Shown: positions 1-14,571 of the stretch, in pieces
Layout: every line of letters begins with the position of its first letter
How positions within the stretch are numbered: the first letter of the stretch is position 1
From: Callorhinchus milii
Lineage: Eukaryota
Reading direction: 5' to 3'
NCBI RefSeq assembly: GCF_018977255.1
Contig: NW_024704743.1
Span: 72,418,001-72,482,000 of the forward strand
Length of the DNA: 64,000 nt
The notes under the pieces: generated by a model
Database searches by the model: none
The model's input: the letters and a program-made list of their open reading frames with translations, nothing else
Told to the model about the DNA's origin: nothing
Translations under genes and position numbers: made by a program

Positions 1-76
1 ACCCAACTGTCCAGTGCCTTGGGACGTCCTCCCGATGTGAAAGGCGCTCTATAAATAAATCTTGTTGTTGTTGTTT
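1..76 (+). mobile_element. 3' tail of a young L2 LINE (rest lies outside the window)
   Basis: gtgccttgggacgtcctcccgatgtgaaaggcgctctataaataaatc(ttg)n closely matches the tail at 23744-23819. Confidence 0.9.
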
Positions 77-1942
77 TTGTACCTCCATCTCCTACCACCC
101 CAGAAGAAAAATCTCCCCCATTCGCTCTCCACTGCCTTGGCATCATCTGAACTCCTCCCCTTCTGGGCTTCCTCCCGCAATGACCTATCCTCCTTGGTCA
201 CTCTTCTCCACAGTTCCCTCTCTACCATTCTCGATTCCCTTGCTCCACTCACTTCCCGAACCGTCTACTACTCATGAAAGTCTCCATGGTACACTAGCCA
301 CCTCCACTCCCTTAAAGCACAGGTGTGTACCGCTGAACACACCTGGCTCAAATCCAATTTAACAGTCCATCGGCAGATGTGGCTGGACCTTATCAAACCT
401 TACCCCTCCACCCTCACCTCCGCTAAATCGTCGTTCTACTCCGAGACAATTTTGGAGACCAAGAAAAACTCCATGCTCCTCTTCTCCATCACCATCCGGC
501 TCCTCCACCCACCCTTTCATACCTCGCCCATCCTCTCCTCGAATGCCAAATCCAAGGCAATGCTGGACTTCCCAGCTTCGCTCTTTCCTTTTCCGCCACT
601 CCCTTCACAGACCCCTCCAATCGGGTTTCCGTGCCGCCCACGGCACAGAAACAGCCCTGGTCAAAGTGACAAATGACATTCCGTCCATCTATGACCAGGG
701 CTCCCGCTGCCTCCTTGTCCTCTTTTATCTCTCTGCTGCCTTCGACATTGTTGACTACTCTATCCTCATTCACTGCCTCTCCTCTCACTTCAACCTTCAT
801 GGTTCTGTCTTTGAATGGTTCAGATCGTACCTCTCACACTGCCTCCACTTCATCTCCACAAATGGATTCTCCTCTAGCTCCCCCCACACGTCTCGTGTGG
901 CGTTCCTCAGGGGTCCTTGGTCCCCTCCTCTTCACTATCTGTATGCTCTCTCTTGGTGACATCATTCGCAGACATGGGGTCAACTTCCACATAATGCAGA
1001 TGACACCCAACTCTACCTCTCTGCCTCCACCCTTGACTCCAGGACCACTGGAGAATGTCTGTCAGACATCAAGTCCTGGATGAGAGGTAACTTTCTTTAG
1101 TTGAATGTCAACAAGACCGAGGCTCTCCTGATTGGCTCCTGTCAGCACCTCCTCACCTCAGGTGCTGACAGCATTACCATCCATGGTTGCTCACTCCACC
1201 TTACTAAGCCAGTCCGGAACCTTGAGGTCTTGTTTGACCCTCAACTACCCTTTCTCCAGACATCTGTGCCATGACCTGCTCTGCCTTCCCCCACCTCTGC
1301 AACATTGTCCAGCTCCGCCACTGTCTCACACCGCATGCCGCCGAAACCCTCATACACACATTCATAACAACCAGGCCTGAATATGCAAACTCCTTGCTTG
1401 TCGGGCTCCCCAACTCCTTCCTCCACAGGCTGCAGATCATCCAGAACTCTGCAGCCGTGTCCTCCCCTGCACAGGGTCCATGACCCTATAAACTCCATCC
1501 TCGCCCAACTCCACTGGCTTCCCATCACACAGAGGATACGGTTCAAGACCCTGGTCCTCACCTTCAAAGCCCACCATGGTCCTGCTCCAACGTACCTCTG
1601 TGACCTCCTGACCCCCTACCATCCTACCCACTCCCTCTGGTCAGCGGGCTCTGGCCTGCTTCGCCCGGCCCACCATTGGCGGGTGAGCCTTCTGCCACTC
1701 TGACCCCACCCTCTGGAACTCCATCCCACAGTTCCTCCCTCACCCCTCCCTGGCCCCCTTCAAGACCCATCTCAAAACCCTCCTCTTCGACTTTTCGATC
1801 ACCCTGCTTCCCCCCTGCCCTCCACCGTCCCCAATCCCGACCCCCAACTCCGGTCTGAAACACTGATTGTCCAGCACTTTGGGACGTCCTCCAAATGTGA
1901 AAGGGCCTATACAAATGTAATTTTATTGTTGTTGTTGTTGTT
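77..1942 (+). mobile_element. Degraded, internally deleted L2 LINE (RT region and 3' tail)
   Basis: Frameshifted ORF pieces carry L2 RT motifs ([39 protein letters not shown]); ends in stem-loop plus (TTG)n; collinear with 21410-23819. Confidence 0.93.
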
Positions 1943-2504
1943 AAGTGTGGGAAATTGAACCCATATCATATCTAAATGGAAAAGCACATCACGGTTCAAA
2001 ACTAGTTTAATTAAGGCTTACTCAAGGCTTTCTTGTTTATTATTAAACCGTAATGATTTTGTTGTGCTCTATTAATGTTATGCTGTTGCCATATTTTATA
2101 CTAACCTTACAATGTAACCATAACTATCCTGCCATATCATTTATCATTGCCCAATAACTCTTGATAATGTGTACCTTGACTACTGTGGAAAACAATCGCA
2201 AGAAGTCTTTTGTGCCTATTGGAATTGGTACTGCAGTTTTCTAGTCAGCACTGACGTGAATACAATATGTAGGAAATTTATTGCAAGAGAAGGTAAATCG
2301 GCAGTATTGTGAATGAGGTGAAAGGTCACTTGGGTCCAACAAAACAATGCGACAAAGGAAGATGTATTCAGAACTGTGGGTAATTTTTAATAACAATTTA
2401 CAGAAAATAACAGGCCAGATGTTAAGATTTTGTTGTTAGTATTTCTGGCAGTTCATATATTCCAACGTACACTTACCATCCTTGTTCAGTTTAATTTAAT
2501 TTAC

Positions 2505-2660
2505 TGTTCTATTCCGATAGTGGAACAGACAGAGTGGGGGATATGTAGCAGGTCAGTGCCTGCAGACTGGGGAGAGCGGACAGGTTGGTGAAGTTTTAAT
2601 AGGTCACAGAGATAGGGAGGTGCAAGACTGTGGTGGGCTTTATAGGTGATATTATTTATG
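2505..2660 (-). mobile_element. L2 ORF2 C-terminal fragment
   Basis: Translation ITYKAHHSLAPPYLCDLL...SAGTDLLHIP matches the L2 C-terminus. Confidence 0.75.
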
Positions 2661-2908
2661 GTGATTTTGAACACAATTCCATAATAAGGAAACCAGAGAT
2701 ATGTCAGACAAGAGCATGCATGTGATATTCTGGCCAAAGATCCTCCAAACAAACCAGATAAACTTGTCATTCACTGTTTGTGAGGCCTTGGTAACATTTA
2801 TTATTAATAATCATAACTTAGTATTATTATTTTTGGCAACATGGCAATAATAATAAATGCAAACATGCAAATGTAACATCTCAAAGTGCTTCATAAGATT
2901 TATTGTAA

Positions 2909-3717
2909 AGTACTCTTTGGTTCTCATCAATCTCTAAAATCTCACAGCTTTCACCTCCTCCACCTACCCAACCTCCCCCTAAAACTCTCCGAACCCGTAC
3001 GCAACCTAGGCGTCAGGTTCGACCCCCAATTATCCTTCCTCCCCCACATCCGATCCCTCACCAGCACCGCTTTCTTCCACCTCCGACGCATCGCCCGTCT
3101 CCGCCAATACCTCTCCCCAAAAGCCGCTGAAACCCTGGTCCATGCCTTTGTCACTTCTCGGCTGGACTACTCTAACGCCCTCCTCGCCGGTCTCCCATCC
3201 AATACCATCCATAAAATCCAAATTGTTCAAAACTCTGCCGCCCGCATTCTCACCCGCACGAAACTCCGCTCCCCGATCAGCCCAGTCCTTGCCAGATGGC
3301 ACTGGCTGCCTATCCCAGAGAGGATTGATTTCAAGATCCTCACCCTTGTATTCAAGTCCCTGCACTACTCTACACCCCACTACTTCTCTGACCTCCTCTC
3401 TCCTCAGCACATTACCCGTTGCCTTCATTCCTCTGGGTCTGGTCTCCTCCTTGTCCCCTGAGTCCTCTGCTCCACCCTCGGCGGCCGTGCCTTCAGACAC
3501 TATGCCCCGAGGCTCTGGAACTGCCTTCCTCACTCCCTTCGTCTCGCTCCCTCCCTTCCCATTTTCAGGTCTCTGTTGAAGACCTTTCTTTTCAACCGCG
3601 CCTTTGGTCACCTTCCTCCCCCTCCCCCTGGCTTGGTCCCAGGATCTGTTACTGTAAAGCGCTCTGAGACGCCATCTGGCATGGAGGACGCTATATAAAT
3701 CTAAGTTGTTGTTGTTG
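2909..3717 (+). mobile_element. 5'-truncated L2, second subfamily
   Basis: 191-aa ORF with [35 protein letters not shown]; tail agcgctctgagacgcc...ctatataaatctaag(ttg)n; highly similar to 28043-29097. Confidence 0.93.
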
Positions 3718-4299
3718 AGAGACAACAAATACACTGTTACTTGTCGGTAGTTATCCGTGAAGTGCTTTGAGACATTTTAACATTATAGACTTTATTAAAT
3801 GCAAGAATTATTATTATTATTATTATTAATATTACATACTTCCAGTTACCTGAAGGAGCCCCTACTTGGATTCCTTACTGAAGAGTTCCATTATAAATCA
3901 AGCATAATAGATTCCATTGTTAAGAGAGTTTGAGTGATTTACCAGCAGAAAAGATTAAATTATTTTCAGACTCATCTGTACCAGTGAACACTGCTTCATT
4001 GTGTTTGTGTTTCATGTTCCAACATGCATTCTCTTTCATTGACCTGCATTAAAATCCATCTACCATTCTGTAGCCATTCTGATTAACTGGTTGATGTGTA
4101 TTGGATCAACATATTTATATTATGGTCACATAGCTCGGCATCATAAGTAGATAATTCTGCAATATTACTAAGCCACGCTTTCAAATTTCTCATAAATTTT
4201 TCAATTTTTTTTATTGGTGAGCGAGGTTAGGCCTGCTCGCCCCCATTAACCCAAATTAGACCCAACACCTTGCAGACAAGCTCCTCCTCAGCCCGACCA

Positions 4300-4545
4300 G
4301 AAACATTTTTCACACAACAAGTTGTTTGGATCCGGATTGCATTGCTTGAAAGGGTGGTGGAAGCCAATTCGATAACAACTTTTAAGAAAGAAGTAGATAA
4401 TTATTTTGGGAGGACAAGTTTCCAGGGCTATAGGGAGAGAGCGGGGGAGCGGGATTGATTTGGATAACTCTTTTCAAAGAACTGGCAGAGATACAATGGG
4501 CCAAATGGCCTCCCTATAAGCTGTATAATTCTATGATTCTATGGT
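4300..4545 (+). mobile_element. CR1 LINE 3' end
   Basis: FFTQQVV...RVVEANSITTFKKEVD; ends gggccaaatggcctcc...attctatgattctatg (CR1-type 8-bp terminal repeat). Confidence 0.85.
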
Positions 4546-7052
4546 CTCCATCAGCCCCAAATTCCATCTAGTTTTTGCCTGTAATGACTACTTTGTGGTA
4601 AATTGCTTCAACAATTTTTAGTTGAAATAGATTTATAGGCTAACAATAGGTGGAATTACAGATTTTTTTGTGCTTTATGCATTGAGAATTTATGGTACTT
4701 TGAATAATATTCACAAGCATTTCTGCAATACTATTTTAATTGTATTACTATTTACAGATCCATATCTAATTGCATAACTACATAATTGCATTTATCAAAG
4801 AACCTGCAAACAATTTAGATCCATCCCATCTTTTCCACTCCAGCTTAATACCCTCTACACCCAGCAGGAGAGAAATTCTATTTCTAAAAGAATTTACAGA
4901 AAAACTGCTTCAAAATTTAGACTGTTTCAAGAATCTGTCAAATTCTGACTGCTCAGAAATACCAAGAAAGGAGAGTAAATCTAGAACCACGTGAAATGTC
5001 TCCCCCAGTATCACTCTCACCCATAGTTTAGAGCTGGATTTTTAGTGCTGTGTTTAATTTGGGAGAGGGGGAGGTGAAAAGCAACAACAACAACATTACA
5101 TTTGTATAGCGCCTTTCACGTCGGGAGGATATAAAGCAAGAATGATTTGAGGAGAGTTGGAACCCAGCATTCAGCATTCATAAAACAACAAACTTACTCT
5201 TAACAACTGACGTTTTCTTCCCTGTTTGCTTCAAACTCCGAGTCCTACTTCTGCCAATTAGATGTATTTCACTGGATCGTGTAATTTGCCCCAACGCTTT
5301 CTCCCATTGTCAAGATTCTGAAGCTCACATTGCTGAACTTTTTTAAAGTGAGATGCACTTTGAAAATGAACATCATACAGCTCTTTAAAATGATGAGAGC
5401 CATAGATAACCTAGATGTAAGTAAGGTATTTTCTTGGTTCATGAACTCAGAACTAAAAGCATAGATTTAAAATTGAAAAACTTCAAGTTATAATAATAAT
5501 CTTGGATTTCATATAATGCTTTTGCACGTTGCTGAGACATCTCAAAGCACTTCACAGTATACAATGGAAAAACTGCATTTAGCCTTGAAATGCTGTTGCT
5601 AATTTGTGCACAGCACTACAGATACTGGACTATAGTATTACAGTACTGCAGATTGGAAGATTCTTTTTCTCAGAATAATGGATATTGTGGAACAGACTCC
5701 CAACTAAAGCGATTGATCCGGTGTGGATTAAACCCTTCACAAAAACCTGCTATTCTCTGCACTATCTTCCTTCTCATATCCATCACTCGAGCTTTAGTCT
5801 TAGCCTGTTTCATATCCACTGAATTCTCATTTGTAACCTTTCTGTAGTAAACCTTCATTCCTGCCACTCTAGATTTCTTTTTGTTACAACTTCAAAAAAT
5901 ATATTTAGGCTTGCAATTTTAATCAGTAAGAACTATTTATTCGTTGGGTTTTCCAATCTTCTCCAATTTGAGAAAAAATAATTTTTTTAAACATGATCAC
6001 ACATGAAGCAAGTTAATAGTATATTGGTGGCACACAGGAATTGATGTCAGGGGTGACCTTACAACCCAGAAGTCAGCTATTCATGTAGCTGAAATCATTG
6101 CTAAAAACTTAAAATAAAGGAAAAATGTGGATCTTGCCCATTAAAAATTAAATTTAAATCTAAAACTGCTAACCCTTATGTCAATCTGTATTTTTGCACA
6201 GATGTAGTATGTAGCAAAACATTTTTAATCGCTCTCCTCTGAATTACTCTGTCTCCACTGAACTTTCATTCCCTCACTCATTGCTTATCTTTTCACTAAA
6301 CTTCTAGTACAGATTTCTGGACATTTCTTGAAATCTTGAAGTTTTACAGAAGCAACAACTGGTAAGATTGTAAAGCCTTTCCGAAACTATTCTTAAATTA
6401 ATGTGAAGACACAATTCTCACACGTGGAACTTGAACCGTGGCTTTTTGAGGCAACATGACCTTTCCACGGGGAAAGGAGAGCCTTTAAATAGATCTAACA
6501 ATGTCATCCTTGGTATATAATATAATACTACATAGTCCTCCACATGCTCTTGACACAATTTTCAATAAATTAAACCAAATGAATTGATTAACAGAGAGGG
6601 GAGATTTAAAAATATAAAGCTAGAAACAAATAACCCATAATCAGAAAGACCTTGAAACACTCTGAGATGTCATCCTACATGAGGGCACTATATAAATGCA
6701 ACGTGTTTTTGTTGAAGTTGTTGTTATTAACCATTTCTAACTAAAATAATTAAATTGAGTCTTTGAATGAAATATCTGTGTATAACCAGATTCTTTGTTT
6801 CTCGGGAACGATGGCTCTCAAATCGAAACTATGGCAGGCTGCTTAAACATGATGGATTTTCCCTGAGATACATCCTCAAAGTGCCCCTTTGATCTAAGAA
6901 ACGAGTAAACAACAGTTCAAAGCCAGTACCATTCATTGATCAGATCTTTGATTAGAAATACTTGCTTTATCGTACATCTTCAATAAAACGTCTTTTCAAT
7001 TTGAAACATCTGTCTATTCATTCAATATGATAACACTAACAGTGTTTCTTAA

Positions 7053-7490
7053 TTAATAATAATCCTTGCATTTGGTATAGCGTCTTATCATGTTGTTGAA
7101 ATGTCTCAGAGCACTTCACAAGATTTTACTATAAAGTGTACTGATTGTGTATTTTGGAGATAAATGCAGCAGCCAATTCTGTGCACACCATTGTCCCACA
7201 AACAGCCATGAAATGAATGATCAATTTCATATAGGGGATTAGTGGCCAGGACACCAGAAGAAACTCCCTTCTCTTTTCGAATACTGTCATGAGATTTTCA
7301 ATGTCTACCCAGACGGGACCTTGGTTTATCATCTTTATCATATCACAGGACAGCACCTGTGATAATGCAAGGCTCATCCATCATTGAACTGGAATATCAC
7401 CCTAGATTATGAGCTTGAAGTCCCGATGTGAGGCTTGAGTCCACAACTTTCTCACGCGGAGGTAAAAGTGCTACCAACGGAGCCTTGCTT
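7053..7490 (-). mobile_element. tRNA-headed SINE with Deu-like central domain and L2-like tail
   Basis: Reverse complement shows ggtagcact...gttgtggactcaag head, ctgtttgtgggacaatggtgtgcacagaattggctgc core, caaatgcaaggattatt tail. Confidence 0.75.
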
Positions 7491-7856
7491 TTCAATGTGA
7501 TAACTGTTAAAATGTAATACTTTTGCCTGTAATAATTATCATAAGGATAACATTTACAATTGTTTTGTGTTCAACAATAAAACTACTGCTTGGAGCAGAA
7601 CACCCAACAGCTTCCAGAAAATGACCTCTCTCATCTGCTTATTTTCAGCTCAGTCTCTGATATTTTGAATTGAAATTGAAACAACAATTAAATTTGAAAT
7701 TCGGGCAGCACAGATTTTAGCTTACTTTTCGGCACAATAATAATTTATTATCTGACAAAGAGCATGAAATTCGTACTCTCCCCGGCCCCAAAATATGATT
7801 TTCCTCATTACCCAGTGACCTGGGGCCGAAGATGGGGCCAATCAAATGATGCTATG

Positions 7857-7997
7857 TGTGTCAGGCTGGCTCAGTTGCTAGCACTGTCTTCTCTGAGTTA
7901 GAAGGTTGTGGGTTCAAGTCCCACATCAGGATTTGGAATTGACATAGTCTGAGATGACACTCCAGTGCAGAGGATGTGCTGCATTGTTGGAGGTAAC
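7857..7997 (+). mobile_element. 5' head of a Deu-like SINE
   Basis: ggctcagttgctagc (A-box-like) and gggttcaagtccc (B-box-like); matches the start of the copy at 26432. Confidence 0.7.
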
Positions 7998-9664
7998 ATA
8001 ATTCCTGTAGAAAATCATAAAATGCACATTTGTTAATAATTCAATATCGAAAACTAATTTATTCTAGTGTGATTTATGTAGTCCTAAAAAGTTCTATTCA
8101 AAATATGGATCTAATCCAGCAATGAGATAAACCAATTGCCTAGATAGAGTTGCAAGATATAATCCATGTAATAATCCTTACATTTGATGTAGCTTCTTTC
8201 ACATCAGAAGGTTGTTTCACAGCGTTGCACAGGATACATACTATAAAGTGGAGTGACTGTATTTGTAGGTGAACACAGCGGCCAATTTGTGTACAGAAAT
8301 GTCCCAGAAGCAGCGATGAAGTAAATGACATTAAAGTTCGTAGAAAACTAACATCAACAACTTGCATTCATGCTGGGTTGCGTCCCAGCCACAGAAGTCT
8401 CGAGAACACTGTAGGAGGTCATAGACCCATTGTAATAATGTTGCTCTTTCACACAAGCCTATTACACATCTGTTAAAGTTTGTAAAAACATCAAATATCT
8501 TGCATTATTTCCTAAACTTTGTCTTTTATGCTCATTCAGTATCGACTTGGCGCTTGTTTCAGAGTCTTGTTTCATCTGGATAAATAACTCTAATCACTTT
8601 TGTCCTGTAAACCTGTGATCTCTGGTAGTGTTTTTCATTTTTTGACGTAGCTTGGCACCATTGTAAAAGGATACTCTGAATCAAGTATCTATCCACTCAA
8701 ACACTAGACCCTAGGCCATGTATTTTAATGGCTAACAGGAAACGGCTTTGCTTCCATCCTGTGAAGCCACTGTTCACTTAATAAAATCTCTTTTAGCTGA
8801 TGTATCTCCAGCAAAAAGTGAATGTGAGCTTCAATTTGTAACGGATAAAGAGGAACATTTTTACTTGTAAAATTAAAAATGCAGAATGGGTTTCTTTTTT
8901 TCTTTGATGCCAACAAATCAAACACCTCAGAAAGAGACCTAACAATTTTCTGAACATACTGAGCAGCCGTTGCTAATTTTAGCCATTGTAGAATGTTTCC
9001 TATTTTCTTAGCCTTTTATATCCAAGTACAAAATATTTGCATGCTGCAGTTATCTTGGTTTATAAAATTGCAGCATATTTTGACCATTTACCACATGTTT
9101 CATTGTCCTTTCTCATAACCTTTTTACAATTGTTTTTCTTTTTCAGTGTTTAATAACAGCCATCCTGTGCCAAGAATCCAGTTTGATTGGTTGGCTCTCC
9201 TTAAATACGCTTCAAAGCTGTACAGTTCAGCAGATGCACTGCTGTTCAGAAAAATGCCATTTCAAAGCACGTGCTGTAAATCAAGTGTGGAATGAACAAG
9301 TCCTGTCATTATCCTGTGACTTAGCAGCAAACTACACATAGAGCAGGGATTCATTTATGCATTTAATTAAAGATGTTGGTCTCACAAAGACATAATCTAC
9401 ACCTCAACAGGCTATAGTGTCACCGGTTTCAACTAATAATGTTTAACAAATTGAGTACCTGCAAGGATAGCAACAATATCTAAGCTACATTGGTATACTG
9501 ATTGTAAGGAGAAATCTAGCAGGAGCTCCCGGTAAGCTTCTGAAAAGTGGCATGGTCTTAGCCTTACGTCCATTATAGTCTTCAAATTTAAGATTGTGCA
9601 AAATTTTGGAAGATTTTTATATTCAGTCTTAATTTGGAAACTGTTTTTCTTTTTAGCTTAGCTA

Positions 9665-9942
9665 ACACCATGCTGCATCAAGTCCACCTCCCGATCCACC
9701 CGACCATCGGTGGGTGAGCTTTCAGCCATTCTGCACCAGCTCTCGAGAATATGCTGAAGTCCTTCCTCCTTGCCTCTCTCTATCTCTACTTTTAAAGCCC
9801 ACCTTAAGACCTATTTCTTCTTTTTTTTGTCATTCCCTATCCCAGTTAGCTCCACCATCTCAGATGCCCAGTCGACTGTGTGAAGCACGTTGAGATGTCC
9901 TCCCAATGTGAAAGACACTATATAAATGTACATTCTTGTTGT
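9665..9942 (+). mobile_element. Old L2 3' fragment
   Basis: ccaccatcggtgggtgagctttcagcc...gtgaaagacactatataaatg matches the L2 3' end. Confidence 0.7.
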
Positions 9943-10145
9943 ACTGGTGAACACTGCATTCTCAGGATGTCGACTCCAGATGAGATGCTAAACTGATTCC
10001 TGTCTGCATGTTCCATTTGGAAAGAAAGAAGTTTTCTGTCTTCTGACATCCTGGCTCAGGTAGTAGTACTGTTGCATCTGAGTCAGAAGTTGTGGGTTCA
10101 AGCCCAATGTCAGGACTTGAGTTCACGTAGTCTAGACTGACAATG

Positions 10146-10358
10146 CGGCCCAGAGCTCTGGAACTCCATTCTGCAGTCCCTCCGCCTCACCCCCTCCCTC
10201 GTCACCTTCAAGACCCATCTCAAGGTCACCCTGCTTCTCCCCCCTGCCCTCCACCCTCCCCGATCCCAACTTCCAGCTCGGGTCCGAAACTTTGTCGGTC
10301 CAGCGCCTTGGGACATCCTCCCGACGTGAAAGGCGCTATACAAATGTTGTTGTTGTTG
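10146..10358 (+). mobile_element. L2 3' fragment following a SINE head (10047-10145)
   Basis: ctctggaactccatt...gcgccttgggacatcctcccgacgtgaaaggcgctatacaaatg(ttg)n. Confidence 0.85.
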
Positions 10359-11454
10359 TATATCAAAATGTAAGGATTATTATTATTATTAAATATATAT
10401 TATTTGTATTATTATTGTAGAAATCCAAGACATAGAAGTAGGGCATTGTACTAATGTTGAAATGTACTCCTGCATTGAAGCCATTTATCTTTTCAATATC
10501 AACCTAAACGGTTAAGCTCCGGCAGTATCACAACACACATTCTGGATCCTCCAAGCTTTGGCTCTTGCCAGCCTGCACTTAATTCTCTACAAAAAACTTT
10601 TATTTTAATGGCTTTTTTTCATGAAATTTTTGTATTGAAACTGCTCACCATGCATTTATACAAGTCCTATTACTCACCACAATATCTTGGTGGGAGACAT
10701 ATTGAATATTTTTCTGTTCTGGTATAAGAAAATACCATACAGAAAAAAAATTCAATGACATTTTTATCAATGCAGTTATAAAGGACATTGGAGTTATAAA
10801 ACACATCACTGTTAAACTATAGCTATATTTGGAAAGTGTTGTACCACTTGCAAAACTATGTTTCTCATTCAAATAAGTAACTTATGTTTCCCTCCTGCAC
10901 ACTGTGTCATTTCTGCAGTGAACCTAAAGCATTCCAGGCGTTTTAACATCCATTTGAAGTGAATTTGCTTGCAGCAAGGAACACATCAAGTAGTTTTCAT
11001 GTAAAACTGGGTTAGACACAAGCATGCACTAATTGTTAAAACTAGAAATCTTTACCGCTAATCTTATAATGGAAAATCCCATTATGAAGACATTGGGCCT
11101 AAAAATTCATTGTGTTAGACTTTAAGATCGTTTTATCTTAAAAATTCCAAATAAATTTTAATTACGGTGCAGAATTGTAAAAAAATTCTTAAATTCACTT
11201 TGGAAGCTAGTTTTCCCATGGTTCAAAATGAAGACGTAATTGAAGGATTTACTACATAATCTTGAATTTTAAGACAATAATCACTATACTTACAACAACC
11301 TGCATTTATATAGTGGCCTTCACACAGGATAGCATATTGGAGCTGATTGCTCTGGTGCTACAACGGGAGGGCTGTAGGATGTGTATTCTGGAAGGGTGAG
11401 ATCAAATGGCTCAAAAGTGCCTTATTCATCTGCTGCCCCTCTTGTGATCTTGTG

Positions 11455-11862
11455 CTCTTTAATCCTCGTCGTTGCTTTCAAAGCCCTCCACATCGTTGCT
11501 CCTCCCTACCTCTGTGATTTGCTAACTCTATATAGACCTGTCCACTCCCTCACTCAACGGACTCTGGCCTGCTTCATGGCTCCCACCCTGTTGACCCACC
11601 ATCAGTGATCGGGTCTTCAGACTTTCTGCCCCACGCTTTGGAACTCCATCTCACAGTCCCTTTGCCTCACCCCTTCCCTTGTCTCCTTCAAAGCCTGTCT
11701 CAAGATCCTCCTCTTCAACTGTGCCTTTGATCACCCTCCTACCCCCATCCTCCCTGTCCTCTAGATCCCACCCTCCAGCTCGGGTGCAAATCCTTGAATG
11801 TCCAGCACCTTGGGACATCCCCCAGACGTGAAAAGCGCTACACAAATATAATTTGTTGTTGT
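11455..11862 (+). mobile_element. L2 3' fragment
   Basis: FKALHIVAPPYLCDLL followed by stem-loop and (TTG)n tail. Confidence 0.85.
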
Positions 11863-14571
11863 TAAACTGAAATTGATCAAACTCAAAAGTGAAAAAATGC
11901 AATTAAGTTATAATGTGAAAATTATAAACATTCAGGACTTCACTAATCTGAGCAACTACCATTGGCCAATCACAACAAATGTTTTACTTCTGTAAAGAAA
12001 AAAACAATTGGGTAGAAATTTCACCTGGGTTTAGATTTGCTCTATTATGTAACATTTATCAGTGTGCAGAATTTGGCAAATTGCTGAATTTAGTCTTAAA
12101 TTTGAATCCAATGTTCTTAAAAGACAAAAATCATAAATCCTGCTTCAGAACTAAGAATGTATTTAAGAATTTGCCAATTGGCAGTCTCGTTTTCCTACAA
12201 ATACACAGTCACAATACATTTGACCGTACATTTCACAGTAAATCTTGTGAAATGCTTTGAGACATCCTCTTCACGTGAAAGGCGCTATATCAACTGCAAG
12301 GATTATAATAAACTAGTAATACTGGTGTTGGAAAGAAATTGCTTAATAGTAGCAGAATTTAACTGCATTCAGCTTCCTAATTGCATAATACTTTCAAATG
12401 GACATATTTTATAGTCACAGGAGTGTTTAGATTTGGCTGCCAATCTCCACAAGTCAGGGCTAAAAATTCCTCACTGAATATATGAGAATCTGCCAACATC
12501 CCAATATAACCATATATTCAAACAACACTGTTTTAATCATTGCTACTGTTTAGTGCTCCGACGTTCTAACCCGGGTGAAGGGGGCAATATAAATGCAAGT
12601 CGTTGTTGTTAATTATTTTGCATGGAAACAAATTGCATAGCTACTGATTGACCATGCAGCAAACCTAACTACAACTACCAACAGCAAATTATAACATTTG
12701 TAAAGATTGGCTTACTTTGGTAAACCATTGAAGACGGTGCTTTCAATCACCATGCTCCTGCTCTCTGTAACACTTTCCCCAAATCCCTTTCCCTTCTACC
12801 TTCTTTCCCTGTCTTCAAAACTCTCTTTCATTTTGGTCAACATCTCCAAACTTCCCTTCCTCTCTTATTACTCAGTGTTCCTTGCCATAGGAAAAAGGAA
12901 CACTGTTCTATTATTTTTGTGAAGTATTTCAAGACTTTCGTCCCAGGTGAAAAATGCCACATAAAGAAATATAAGTTGCTGTTGAAATAGAAGATACAAA
13001 ATTGGGTAATTATTGCATGGGAAGATTTTGTAATTCTAAAAAACTATGCTTGGAAGTAGAAGACAATGGTCTTAAGACTAAGACCAAGATAAATGTTGGT
13101 GTTTGGAAGAGGTAGAGTTCATGTTACATCGCTCAACATAAAGTTGTAGTTAGATCGCAAGCCCAGTCACGCTGGTCACTTGTACACATGTCCCAGTAAA
13201 TGGTTACAGGGTACAGTTTGCAGAGGCCTGAGAAGAGGTTATCTCCTCTGCCCACAAAATATACAGTCAATTCACTTTACAGTATATTCTATGAAGCGCT
13301 TTTAGTCGTCTCGAAGACTTGATGAGGCGCTATATCAAATTCAAGGAATATTAGTATTATTATTACCTGTCTAACCTTTGGATCAGCAAATAATTTGTGG
13401 CACAAGGAAAAACAGGGAAGGGAGAGAGAATACAGGGAAACTTTTATAATGTGGTTCTCTGTGACCAATCGCTCAGAGGTTACGTTATGAGCAGAGCACC
13501 CAAAATGGCCAACCTTGTGTCATTGGGTCTGACATCATTTTTTGCACATTGCATGGAGGCATACTATCCACAGGGGGTGTTGCTAACATTACATCCTGTG
13601 CAGTGCACATGTGCACTATGTACAAGAGCACCACTGACATCACTTCCTTCGCAAAACAAAGTCAGCAGCACTTCCTGCTTATTGTGCAATATTCAGCACA
13701 CAGGAAGTGACTTTAGCAGTGACCTGATGATCCAGAAGTTGGCCATATTTTAGCTGAAGCTGTAAAATTCAGCGACTGAACCCAACTATATCAATTAGAG
13801 TTGGTTGACTGGATACCAGCAATATACAGGGAAAGGGGGGTGGGGGGGATGTGATATAATGGTATTTCTCTGTACAGCCATCATATTAGCAAAACAACCA
13901 ATCAATACTGTATATCACCTAACCATTTTGCAGAGACCAGGATGTTTTTCAGTGAACGAATGAATATCCGGGTGAAATCGCAGGTAGGAATGAAGGACTG
14001 TAGACTGTTAGGAAAGTTGGCATAACTTCAAAGTACAGTAGTACATTTAGAAGCCAAACATGTGCAAGACATTACAATAACGGCAATGCCTGCAGTATGG
14101 TACTAATAAGTAATCTGAACAATCAGCACAAAATAATAAACTAGTGTTTGATCTGCAAACAATAGAGATTTTCACGATTATCATGATTAATCAGGCATGA
14201 GCGGTGATTACTCATTGAATAAGCAATAAAATCAACAAAATATTTTCAGTGAAATAAAATTGACAACACATGCTGGTATGCTGATGACATGAATGACATT
14301 GCTGCTAACAGAATATCAAAATAAATGTTAATATTGTTAAGAAATCTCATACAGTATTTTCTTTGTACCTAACTTAGAACGCATGGACTAAATACATTGA
14401 CATTGATACAGGGTTTATCTCAAAAAGCAAAACAACACATATTATTGAATTCATTCACAACCCTTGTTGAGGCACGTTTCAAACCAGGAATTTACACAGT
14501 GATGTTGACACACACAGTGATGTTGACAATCTCTCAATGTTACAATCATTCGCCTACAAAACACAGGCAAT

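Noticed and set aside
5670..5890. Minus-strand open frame KVTNENSVDMKQAKTK... as a possible exon
   Set aside because: No convincing splice donor and no recognisable homology
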